A stretch of 63,180 nt of DNA, counting the filler, from Diploschistes diacapsis (Eukaryota), in the NCBI GenBank assembly GCA_023645945.1. It is 17 parts of 17 records of this genome, joined end to end, with 100 filler letters (N's around TTAATTAATTAA, not from the genome) between each part and the next. Parts side by side here need not be neighbours in the genome. Positions count along the whole stretch, not along the records: positions 1 to 20,764 come from JALAIB010000327.1; 16 more parts are not named here. One strand, 5' to 3'. Each line of letters begins with the position of its first letter. Within the stretch, counting starts at the first letter, position 1. Under the pieces are notes generated by a model, which saw only the letters and a program-made list of their open reading frames with translations, did no database searches and was not told where the DNA came from. The position numbers and the translations under genes are program-made. Positions 1 to 11,432 of this stretch are shown here, piece by piece.

Positions 1-380
1 CTCTACCCCCTCTCTGCTCCCTCTCAGCCCCTGATGCGTCGCCCCGTTCAGCCCGTTTTGGCTCCCTCGTTGGCTTTCTCTATTGTTGTCCTGGCAACTT
101 TAAAGGATGCTGACACGGTCCACCGTGGTAAGTGGAGGCCATGTATGGCCTCCACATCGACTCACTCTCTTCCCACCGTGCTGTGATCGGAATCTTCTTC
201 TCTATCTCTCCTATTGTCCTTCTGTAACCGCTGCGCCCCTATTTCCCCGGTGCTTCACTCAAACTCCCTGACCATCCTGCTTTTGATCTAAATTCCTTTC
301 TTTTAGCTAGTTGCTGGATCTTCCACTCGTCTGTCGGTTATCTTTCCTGCACTCGAGACTCTCGCTATCCTTGATCTATT

Positions 381-2410
381 ATAGGGAAGAAGAGAAGTGC
401 TGCGCAGTACTTTGATGACGCGGCCGCGAGTGGCCATGAATAGTTGATTGAAACAAAGCTGAATGGTGACAAAATTCCTAAAAAAGCTGGAGGATGGTAC
501 AAAAATAAGCTACCAAGCGAGAGTTGGATCTTTAAATAAACGAGCCCCCCCAATTACTGATTATCATGCCGTTGTGCCACTTTACTGACCAGATATAGAT
601 ATATTATAGTATAACTCCGTGCGGAAGAGCGTTGGCGCGAATGCTTTACAATATAAAAATAATCGAATATTTGGTAAAGAGTCTTTATCTACGGTCTCCA
701 TAGCATATATCTTCCAGGCCAACCTTTCAGACTAACAATCTAGCCTATAAATACCCAAGGATTTTGATAGAAATCTCTTAAGCAGTTCCGACACGCTTAG
801 TCAAAGCAAGTCTGGCCAGCCAGCAGCAATAGACGACCTTATGAAGGCCATGTTTAGGAGAAAATTGGGTGGAGCGGCCAGAATGTGTATCCAAGCTTTA
901 GCAAAAGAACCTTCCACAAACACCTAATAGGGTACGTTAATTCTTCATCCTCCTGGCTGCCCAGTTCAGGTATCAACCACGAAAACGCGTTTGAAGTATG
1001 GGCTGTGGCAGCAAAGCGAGCTATCGGGAAAGGGTGAACTTAGTCAGCACCTCCGTGGAAGCTCGGGGGGGAAAAATAAGAGGAGCTGCAAGGCTATCTG
1101 CTGTGCTCAGCACGATGATTCGTACGGTTGGAATCGAAAAGCATCAAGAATTTTACTTTACTCCTTGGTTGTACCAGCTGTCTCTGCGGTACCTGCGAGA
1201 TCCGATCGCTTAATGGAAGGACGGGCAGGGGTACAGCCACTATCGGACCAGGAAAACGGGGCCATAGGCACAGATGCTCTTCGAGGACGCGCCCCTGATA
1301 GTATGTTAGCTTCCTCCCGCTCGGCTAATGATGATACTAAACTATAAAACAGCGTCTCTAATTACAGAGCCCTCAGAGCGAAGAGCTTAGGAAGCTGCCA
1401 GCACCCGAGGATCGATATCCAGGAGATTACATGTTGGACAGTTCTCCTCCGTTCAAGGACCTGCAGTGGTATGTATGCAATAGGAAATTATTGATCAACC
1501 ATTGCCTCTTTTGTGGCAATGGAACAGAACATAAAGTTAGGTGTCAATAAGTGCTCGAAATAAGATCCAGCTTTAGCTACGAAAATGTGATGATAGCCGA
1601 AAAACAATCGTACATATAGAAATATGTTGTGGGAGAAAACACAGATTGAACGAAATTTTTAACTGAAACGACCGATATATTTTTTAGGCACTGAACTTTT
1701 TGACCTTTGCCTTTGTGGCGACGTCCCTATGCTACCCTGAATTGGACAATGCCCGTACTATCATGAACGCTAGGCATAACACCCTGGCTATAAGCAAGGC
1801 AACTTCAACAGAATCGGGCTCAAGAGGGTCAAACGGTAAAGCGTCGACAAAATAAAACGACGAAGAGAGCGATGACCGTAAGGAACTTCAGGCACGCGAG
1901 ATACAGACAGGCCGTAAGCTCATGAAAAACAACTGTCAACGGCCAAACAGATATGGACAAGGTGACATCGAGCGGGAAAATGCACCATCTACCGAGGACT
2001 CCAGCCAAGGAGAGACTGTTCCAATGCATAGGGGGAGCCTCCAGCTGCTAAGAAAGCAGAAAAATGCGACTGGTGCAGCAACAGCATCAACCAAAGATAC
2101 AGACGCCGCAACAGCGTTCACTTCAGACTTCACATTCAGGGCGCCGGAAAATCTTGAGCTGGGGGTTAGTCTATCCTGGAAAGAAATTTGGTATATTTAA
2201 AAGAGTTCCAATACCCAACTTCTGAAGAACTTTGGTGGTTTAAACCAATCGCTTGCAGATACTTTTTAGGTGTAGTCTCGGATATAAATCACGTGCTTAG
2301 GGAAACGACAGGTAAAGTCCGGATTTAAACAGCTGGGGTTTTGTTTTGAATAGTTGGAAACCTTCGGCTTATATATCACTCCAACCCTAAAAAGCTAGGG
2401 TTTTCTAAGC
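381..2410 (+). pseudogene. RIP-degraded, intron-containing gene of unrecognised family
   Basis: Residual frame from 381 reads (ATA=M?)GKKRSAAQYFDDAAASGHE*LIETK. A frame at about 1688-2410 (ALNFLTFAFVATSLCYPELDNARTIMNAR...LSWKEIWYI*KSSNTQLLKNFGGLNQSLADTF*V*SRI*) is broken only by TAA/TAG stops consistent with CAA/CAG C>T changes. Clear intron 1301-1352 (GTATGT...ACAG). Boundaries approximate. Confidence 0.5.
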
Positions 2411-2417
2411 ATAGGCC

Positions 2418-4600
2418 ATGGGGAAAAAGAAAGATGGTGCCACTGACCCTGCCACTAATGCGGCGCTACAGTGGCATATCGGCATAGTCACTGAACCACC
2501 TTCGGACCGCGTTGGGAAGGAGTACCTTGCTCAACACCTACCAAAACGGTATCAGTTGGAAGGTGATAGTCTGGTACGCTATTTTGCTTCCCGGACCTCG
2601 ATTTCACACTAAGTTCCATCTAGATTGTTAAGAAGACAGGGTTACCAGCGGCGCCCAAAGAACCAGCCGCAGACCTCGCCAAAGCTAAGAAGAAATTTTA
2701 TATTGTTCGCGCAAATTTTGCCAGACAAGCAGCATCCAAGCAGGCATTAGACGATCGGCCCAAGGAGGTGGAGCTGGTTGAAGACCCTTACCAATCTTCG
2801 TTGTCGCGTCAGCTAGAGCTAAGCTCAACGCCCGATGCGGTGGCAAATGTCCTAGATGAACCATGGGCTGATGAACACTCCTTGGCCAAAGCGTATTCAA
2901 GCTTTGCAATCAATGAGAGACCGGCAGCCTTTGACTATCAACTCGAATTCTTATCTGATTCAGGCTCAAAATCCAACGTCACTCAACCCTGTAACAACGG
3001 TTCCGGAGAAGCCGCAAGGACCACCCCGCTTTTCTCAGGAAAGGTATTGGATAGATCGAAATTGGGGACATTCAACCAGTACGGGCTCCTATGCAAAGTG
3101 GTAGCGACGAGGGAGAGCCAGCATCTTCCAGAATCGACAACACCAAAGCTTCCTCGCATCTTTAGCGACGATCCTCGAATTTTCCTCAATGTAAATGCGC
3201 CTTGGTCTACCTTCATCTGCGGCTCCCAAGGATCTGGCAAGAGCTACACGCTTTCCTGCATTCTGGAAAACTGTCTAATACCCTCAAGACTGGGGCAGTT
3301 GCCAAGTCCCCTTGCCGCCATCGTCTTTCACTACGACACTTTCACGTCCTATGGAAGCAGGCAGCTCTGTGAAGCAGCGTACCTTTGTTCTTCTGGCGTG
3401 CCTGTCAAAGTCTTAGTATCCCCAACCAATTTCTGGCGGATGAAGCAAACGTATGAAAATATCCCCCTCTCGTCGCCCAGTAGCCGAAAGCCCGAAGTGG
3501 TTCCTATGAAATTCCAAGACAAGCATCTAAACGTGACGCGGATGATGAGCATGATGGCCGTGAGCGACAAGGACGGTCCCATACCACTATACATTGAAGT
3601 CTGGAATAAGTCAAATCTATCCTCGTGAAGCTCATTCTTATAGTCGGCAGGCCATCCTCCGCATCTTACGAGAAATGGCAGTGGAGAGTCAGGGTGCCCC
3701 AGGCTTAGATTATGATGCTTTCCGAAAACGGCTTGATGCAGAAGCTTTCACAGGTCAGCAGATCGCGCCACTGAAGCTCCGCCTCGAGCTGCTAGAAAGC
3801 TTCATGGACCGACCTCCCAAGACTGAGAAAGGGCAGCAAGCACCCAATTTCCCCGATACCAAAGCCGGGAGACAAACGAGAATTAAATGGCTCGACCAAA
3901 AAGCCCGAGAAAGATCCATGGAAAAACAATCTGTAGATAGGGCTTTCGACTTCGAGCCAGGCAGCCTTACCATCGTTGATCTAAGCTGCCCTTTCGTCGA
4001 CGAGAGCTCTGCCTGCGCGCTCTTCAGCATTTGCCTCGATCTTTTCCTCGAGAGCCGCAATACCGCAAGTCGCATTGTCGCGCTCGACGAAGCGCACAAG
4101 GTACAAACCGCCTCCCCAACACCATTCATCCGCCGAGCAATGAGGTTCCGACTGACCACATCATCTAGTTCATGACGCCCACCGCCGCAGCGACCGCCTT
4201 CACCGATAAGCTGCTCCAGCTCATCCGCCAGCAGCGCCACCTCGCAACCCGCGTCGTCGTCTCAACCCAAGAGCCCACCATTTCGCCACGCCTCCTGGAC
4301 CTGTGCACAGTAACGATCGTGCACCGCTTTACATCCCCGGAGTGGTTCCGTACCCTCCGCGAGCACCTCGCTGGCGTCAGCTCGCTCGACGAATCGGGAG
4401 TGGCAACGAAGCGCGACGTTCGGAGCATATTCGCGGAGATTGTGGAGCTGGGACCCGGGGAGGCGTTGATGTTTAGTCCGTCGGCCATGCTGGAGCCGGT
4501 GGAGGGCGAGGCGCCAAAGAAACTGGGCATGGAGTGGCTAAAAGTTAGAGTCAGGAGGAGGCTGACGGAGGATGGGGGGAAGAGTATCTTGGCTATTTAG
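2418..4600 (+). CDS. P-loop NTPase with HerA/FtsK/VirB4-like motifs (4 exons)
   Basis: Exons 2418-2573, 2624-3598, 3651-4100 and 4169-4600 splice in frame through GT..AG introns. Walker A ICGSQGSGKS, Walker B IVALDEAHK, then RQQRHLATRVVVSTQEP, ending RVRRRLTEDGGKS. The start at 2418 is less certain than the ATPase core. Confidence 0.8.
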
Positions 4601-5981
4601 CGTGGATCATGAACGCCAGAGCCGCGTCGGCGAACCAGAGGAGCTCCGGCTGATGGTCGTCTGTTGGCTGATCACGGCGTGGACGGCATCGGACACCCTT
4701 GTGTCTCGAGCAAATGAAGGGGATGAAGGGCCACGGGCTGGATGAGAGGGAGCGATAAGGCGAGGCGAAGTGGATGGCGGAACAGCTGAGCCTGCTGCTG
4801 CTGAATGCAATTGGATGCAGTTGCCTGAGAGATCCACCTAACTCTCCACACCGCCAATGTTCGATTCTTTGAATAAGCAATGCGAGACCGAGTTAACAGG
4901 AGAGCCAAAAGAAGAAGAAGAAGACGAAGGGCCACATCGCCCGCCTCAACCGTGCCCACCCCCATCATACATGATATGTTATCGTATGCCCGTTAAGCAC
5001 CAGAGCTCATGCGTCCACTCCGTCAGCCATGGACAATATTCCCCCATCCGGAAACCTGGTCTTGACATCGCCGTGCCTTTGCTGCTTTGGACATCTGCTC
5101 TGCCATCAAGGTTCTGGCTTATAGGCGAACCTGAACCCGAGCATACCGGCCTCGAAGCGTTGTGCTGTGGTTTTTAATTATGCCCCCACATGCCTGCCGA
5201 TCCGTTGATTTAAGCCGAAAACCTTATCAATGCCGAGTGCCGAACGCCGAACGCCGTGGCTGAAAGCAGTTAGTTTTACTGCTTTAGGATTAGACCAGGT
5301 TGCCCAAGCCTGGAGCAAAAGAATAGAGAATATTCGGTGTCAAAAGTTAGAATACTGTTTGACCAGTGGGAATCGATTTTGAAAAAGGTAAGCTTTTTCT
5401 TTTACTCACATATGACTTCAACTGTTGCTTTGAATGCTGCTCCAGAAGCTAGCTGCTGGATATGTATATTATAGTTGCTGCAGGACCATCCATCGGTAGG
5501 GAACTCGAGGAATTATCAGTTGTGTGGGGGGTGGAGGGGACGATGGAATATTTTTCTACTCAAGCTTGAGGGGTATCTAGGTAGTCTGTGTACTATGTGT
5601 GTGTATTGTATCGATAGAAATCAATGGTCGCGCCTGTCCATGTCTCCCGTACTTCGCCTATGCGTGCGGAGGCTGAGGTTTCGTTTCCTTTGGATTTTCA
5701 TCATGAATTCTTCTACGTTTGTGGCCAAGCAGGAACTTGCTTAAAACCTGAACCGCTCCCATCTTGCTTGTTTTTCACTTTTTTCGGACTCGAACCCGCT
5801 CGCTCGTGTGGGCGGCTGCCTCTCGCGCGCACTGCCGCACTTGCATCTTCCCGCACTTCTCCCACCTGCGGGCAGAAAGATCGTCAACACACTGCATCTT
5901 TTGCCATTATAGCAGCACGACAGCGCTTTTCCCCTAATCCCTTACTGTGGCCGCGGGGTCCTCAGACCTCCCATAGCCATC

Positions 5982-8900
5982 ATGGACTTGGACTCAGACC
6001 CTCTGTTTCCGCCTACAATGAGCACTGCAGAGATGCTCAATACCTTCGAGACAGACATGGACGGGTCGATGGAGGATGCCGATAATTTCTTCGACTCTGC
6101 CTTGTCCACCGATCCCTCCAACCGTCTCTTTTCTGACGATACCCTGAGCAATCCCCTGTTTCAATCTATCGAACCGACAAAATTGCAAGCAATGCAAGAC
6201 CCCGCAAGTTCTGTCCGCAGTCGACAGCCCATCTCCACCTCGCCCGAGAGTTCCCTCCAAGATTCGTCGTCTGATTCCTCGGGACACAGGAAGCGCAAAT
6301 CATCGTCGAAATCGTCACACTCCGGCCTATCAACTGTCGACAGTCCAAAGGCAAGCACGATGGCACAAGACTCATGGAAATACACAAACGCGAACATCAA
6401 GCGAGAACCCACATTGAATTGCAACTCAAGGAGCAGCGCCGGCTTCGAGGCTTCTGACTTCAATCACCGTGCCAGTGCGGATTCAATTGATTTTGGTAGC
6501 GCTACGAGCAGTCCGAGCCAGGAGCTCGCCTTGAACAATGCGTCTTACGCCGGTCCCCGCCACGTTGCGATTCAGTATCAAGACTCTCCAATATCTACTG
6601 CGAACTTTTTCTTCCATAATGCAAATACTCGGGAGTCGTCCCCAACGTCGAACACCGCCAATCCGGAATCGAAAGGCAGCCTCAACCAGCCAGCCCGTCC
6701 GTCTCCGCTTGGAGCACAAGAGGAATATTTGGATACTACTCTACTGAGAGGCATGGAGCAACGCTCCTGGCCATTCGGCGAGGACGCTGCAAATGTACAG
6801 CCTGGCCTGCTGTCAATGCTCAGGCCTCGGGGAAACGCGATCAACCCTCAAGCCTGGCCCGTGGCAGCGGCAAATCACCAACCGTCTACGGGATTGAAGT
6901 CTACCCTAATCGTTCATCCTACACCTCAAAAGTCACGGGTCGAAACTCAGATACCATTGAGATTGACCTTGTTTCCCCTGCCCAAGGGAGTTACAAAGCT
7001 GCATCTACCGGCACACACCATTTCCAAACCCAAGCTCCTTGCTCGACCTCCACCTGCGCCATCACCAGACACTCTCGAGCTGCATACGATGCTGGTGTGT
7101 ACGAGCGCCATGCAAGATCCAACGAAGCTCCGGAAAGCTTTGTTCAAGGCAGCCAACCCTTCGCGGAAGCCGAGCGAAGGAAAGAGACGGTTATCAGCCG
7201 GCGAAAGTCCAGACAGAGATGGTGAGAATCAGCCGCTTAACGGAGGCGAGGTCCGAATATGCGAAGGCTGCATAATCAGAGAACGTAAGCGGGCTGCTCG
7301 AAAGAAATGCAAGAAACCGGAGGAAGAGGAGCCATGGCAGAGAAACGAGGCGAAAAGGGTTGTCGTTTTCAACACCAATGAAGTGAAGGAATGGCAACCC
7401 CCACAGTCTGGCAGTGGCGGGGATGGTCAACAGGATGGAGGGAAAAATTCACGTGACAACATCGGTTTCGATTTCCCAGACGGTGCTATGCAAGTAGACA
7501 TACCGATGCGCATCGCATGCTACTGCCGGCATCAGAGCGAGAAACATGGATTCCAGTAGGTACACCTATGGTAAATACATGTTGTGTTTGCTGAAGTTCC
7601 ACCCAGAGTTGTTCTCACTATCATGGATCACCAACACAACCTCGTTTCTCAGACGATAACCAATTCCATCATAATCACGGACGATCACAAGACTCACCCG
7701 CCCGGGCCCATGCAGACGCATGGTCCATTTTTGGGGGATCAAGCTCAGATACTGACCACTTCCTTTTGTGCTCAAGGTCCGGTGGAATCGTATGGCCCTG
7801 GGCTGTACCGCAATGCGCATTCAACGACAGATCTTCAGGGCCTACGACAGAGCTTCAACCCTCATTACATGCCTCAGATGACACCATACGCAGTTCCTCA
7901 GCGTTCATTCCAAACCATTCGTACTACCACCACGACGCCTCGGAATCTTTCACGCCAGGCTTCTCCATCCGCCCCGGGCGGACCGGTGCAGAAAAAGCGA
8001 AAAGCAAGCGGTGGCCTAAGTCGGGTGCCGGACCATCTCACCATGACAAAACTACAGACCGACGCCCCGGCTCAGGAACACTCGTGGGCAGGCCCCGCAT
8101 CCGCATCCTCTGCTGCTGCTTCGCCGTATACCCCTGTCTTCCCTCACGGAAGTGGGCCGCAACAGCGACCACAGGTGCACCATGTGTCTCGGAGATCCGA
8201 GCAATTTCCAATGGGACCCCAAAGTTCTTTCCAACATGGGCTGGACATGTTTTCGCAAGCAAACCGTTCTCAAAGCGTTGAGAACTTTGCTACTGTACCG
8301 CAAATGTATTCAGCACCCCCATCTACTTTACCTAGCCGAGCTCCCAGTCCTTCCCGGGGTCTCCAGATGGCCACGCCAGTACATGCCAACTTCGGAGCCA
8401 ACCCGATCAATTCTGCCTTTCCCACCAAGGCCTTGGCTCAAACACGCCCATCGCCAACGATCCACAAGCTGATTCCCAGCGAAGGTCCCAAGGCTGGTGG
8501 CATTGAGGTTACTTGCCTAGGGAGTGGATTCTACCAGGGTCTGGAAGTCATGTTTGGCGAGTCTTTGGCCACCACGACGACATACTGGGGTGAGAATTCA
8601 CTGGTCTGTCTCCTGCCTCCTGCACTGCGTGCTGGCACGGTGCCAGTGACGTTCAAACATCAATTCCAGCAACAGCAGCAACTCTCTTTCGTAAGGTTTC
8701 CGTCACCACCGCTCCCGAAGCCCCAGACCCTGTTCAAGTATGTGGATGACGATGAGCAGGAACTCATGCGGCAAGCGCTCCTGATCGTGAGCCAGAAGAT
8801 GAACGGCGATGTGAACGACGCTGGACAGGTTGCTCGATGGATCGTTAGTAACTCTAATGCAGGTCAAGGATCATGGTCAGGCAACGAGCAAGGAGGCGGC

Positions 8901-10300
8901 CACCAGCGCCAAGCGACAAATGGTCAAAGCTACCTTGCCGGCACTTTGGACTGTGAAGGGGCGGTCCTTAAGTGTTTGGAACTGATTGATCTTGATGAAA
9001 GCCCCTTTCCAGCTCATCTCAATATGCGCAAGCTGAATGGGCAAACCGTAGTCCATCTCGCCGCTTCGCTCGGCTACCTTCGCCTTGTTGCGGGCTTGCT
9101 CGCCAGAGGGGCGAACCCTGACAGCCGTGACAAAAACGGCATGTCCCCTATGCACATGGCTGCCCTTAATGGGAACGCACAAATAGTTCGACGATTGCGA
9201 GTTGCTGGAGGCGACTCGACGATGCGAAGTCTACTGGGATATACGCCAGCCGACATGGCTACTTCACAGGCTGTGCTTGATGCAGTCGAGACGCTGAGTC
9301 TTCCCAGATCACGAAGCGCCGATCCCAGGTCTATGTTGCTTGCTGGTAGTATGGTCAACAGCTCTTACTTGGCACCTTCCGCTTCAGCCGAGGCAGCGCT
9401 TGAGGACGAAGATTCGTCCGAAGAGGGAGACGATGAGGACTCGGATGATTCAGAAGCCGTACCCAACATGGGTCCAATGCCAACCCAACAGTGGGAGCAC
9501 TCGAGAAGAAACAGCGCTACAGTACCACCAGCCCTTGCTACGCCGGAGCTGGAGAGTAACCATGGCTACATGTATGCCGTAGCGGCTATGGCGGCCTGGA
9601 GAGATCAAATCGCTACTCAATTGCAACAGCTTCAGCAAAGCGTCAACTTCACGCTTCCAAATCTTCCTGCACTCCCGCCTCTGCCCACTCTGCCACCCAT
9701 GCCGAACCTACCAGATTACCAAGTTTATCCAATGGTTCGCCGTTTCAGCCCGTTCGTTCCCCACAGACACTCTCGTCCATCTTCCTCTGCTGGCTCTCAC
9801 ACGGATTCGAAGGAGCAGGACTCTAACTGGTGGGAATTCCTCACCGGTGGCAATTCGCCACCTGCTTACGAAGAAATATACCCGACTGGAGCCCGAGAAG
9901 ACATGAACATTAAGACCGCCTCGGCGGTAAGGGCGGCAGCCGATGCAGCTGCAGACCAAAAATGTTCTACAGTCTACGACAGTTCAACGCTGGTTGCCGG
10001 CTCTTCACATTGGCACACAGTGGATCTGACCACCAAACAGGGAGAGGAGCTCAAGTTGGTGCAGCGAAAAAACGTGAAGCGTCTTGGGAATGATTCGAAA
10101 CTATTTTATATCTGGGTAAGCTGCCTCTACACTGAGTGAGAGGTCCGCAATCTAACGCTTTTTCTTAGATCCCCCTCCTCGTCCTGGTCGTGGCCGTTAT
10201 GCTCAAGGATCGTGTTCCGCAGCTTTGGCACGCTACCTCCGGGATCCTCCTCGCTCTTTCCGAGCAATATCGCGGCACAGGGACCGTAGCGGTTCATTGA
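5982..10300 (+). CDS. MGA2: SPT23/MGA2-family membrane-tethered transcription factor (IPT/TIG + ankyrin + C-terminal TM)
   Basis: Exons 5982-7555, 7607-10115, 10169-10300. Motifs KSRVETQI, CEGCIIRERKRAARKK, MRIACYCRHQSEK and IIITDDHKT; IPT domain IHKLIPSEGPKAGGIEVTCLGSGF; ankyrin repeats GQTVVHLAA and GMSPMHMAA; TM segment LFYIWIPLLVLVVAVML restored by splicing. Confidence 0.92.
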
Positions 10301-11432
10301 AGGGAGAAGGCGGAGAATAATTAATTTTTTAAAGTTTCCAGACCATCTCCAGATAGAAATCGGCATACCATTTCCATCACATTAGCGAGGCGTTCAAGGC
10401 AACCCGTACGGGGCGGTGGCGACGACGACAGGGGTATCACTAACGACCTGATGATTAAACGATGTCAAACGTATTCGTCCGAACGGAGGCCAATCTTTCT
10501 ACCTTGCTACGACTTTTGCGTCTGGGATGTTGTATTAATATTCTGGCCTCCACTGGGCAAAAAAAGTTGGACAGTGGTGTTGATAACCCTGGCTAGAAGC
10601 GTGCGTGTACTCGTACAGGGCCTTGTGCATTAGCTGAGCAAAAGCAACATGTAGTGGGCTTCTTACGTCCAGCCAGCCAACGTCCCTGCCGCTGATGACT
10701 CTGTCTGTCATTGTATGTAGATGTCGCGGGGGCGAAGATGCCTGGAGCCGGAGATGTCCTCGGTGGTGCTACCGAGTGCCTTCCATGCACGTCAAGCTAC
10801 TACATGGGCGGTATAGTAAAAGTAAACGGTCATGAACGGCAATAGCGTAAGCGAGCACACGCTTCATCATTGCCGTCTATCTATCTATCATTCGAGACGT
10901 AGCGTACATGCCTCCCTTCGTTCATTCGTTTCCCTTCTTGCCTTCCGGTCCGCGTCCCATGCGTCCAGTCCTGTCGTGAGCGGTCGTGACTTCATTCATT
11001 ATTATTGCAAGCCAGGCAGAACAATGGCTGGATTCGAAGACTAAGCAAAGCGGAGTGAAGCGAAGCGAAGCCAAGTTGGTAGGTGACCAGATGTAGGCAC
11101 CGAGCAAAAGGGGGAAGTAAAGCGTGGCGGAAAAAGGCTTCGCAAGGAAAATAGTTAGAGAGCTCCCAGGCGAGGTTTTGCGGATGCTGGATGAAGAAGT
11201 CTGCCGGAGAGGCATGTGGTGGCTCTTCCCAAGAACAAGAGTGTTTGAAACGCCGTTTTCGGTTTTTGAATTGTGCCGTGCTCCAGAAATCTGTGAAATA
11301 AAAACAATGTTTTGCAGACCGATGCCCAGCAGACTCTCATAAATGCCACTTGAGCATGCTTTACCAATACCCAAAACACTATGATCCTTCCCCTTCGGCA
11401 TCGCTGCCTTTTCAACAACGTATGGATCAGGT

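Noticed and set aside
381..2410. Starship captain (DUF3435 tyrosine recombinase) identity for the pseudogene
   Set aside because: Only a vague resemblance; the catalytic R-H-R-H-Y motifs could not be identified.
5225..5260. Clustered GCCGA/CCG triplets upstream of the MGA2-like gene
   Set aside because: Could be Zn2Cys6 sites, but too short and degenerate to support.
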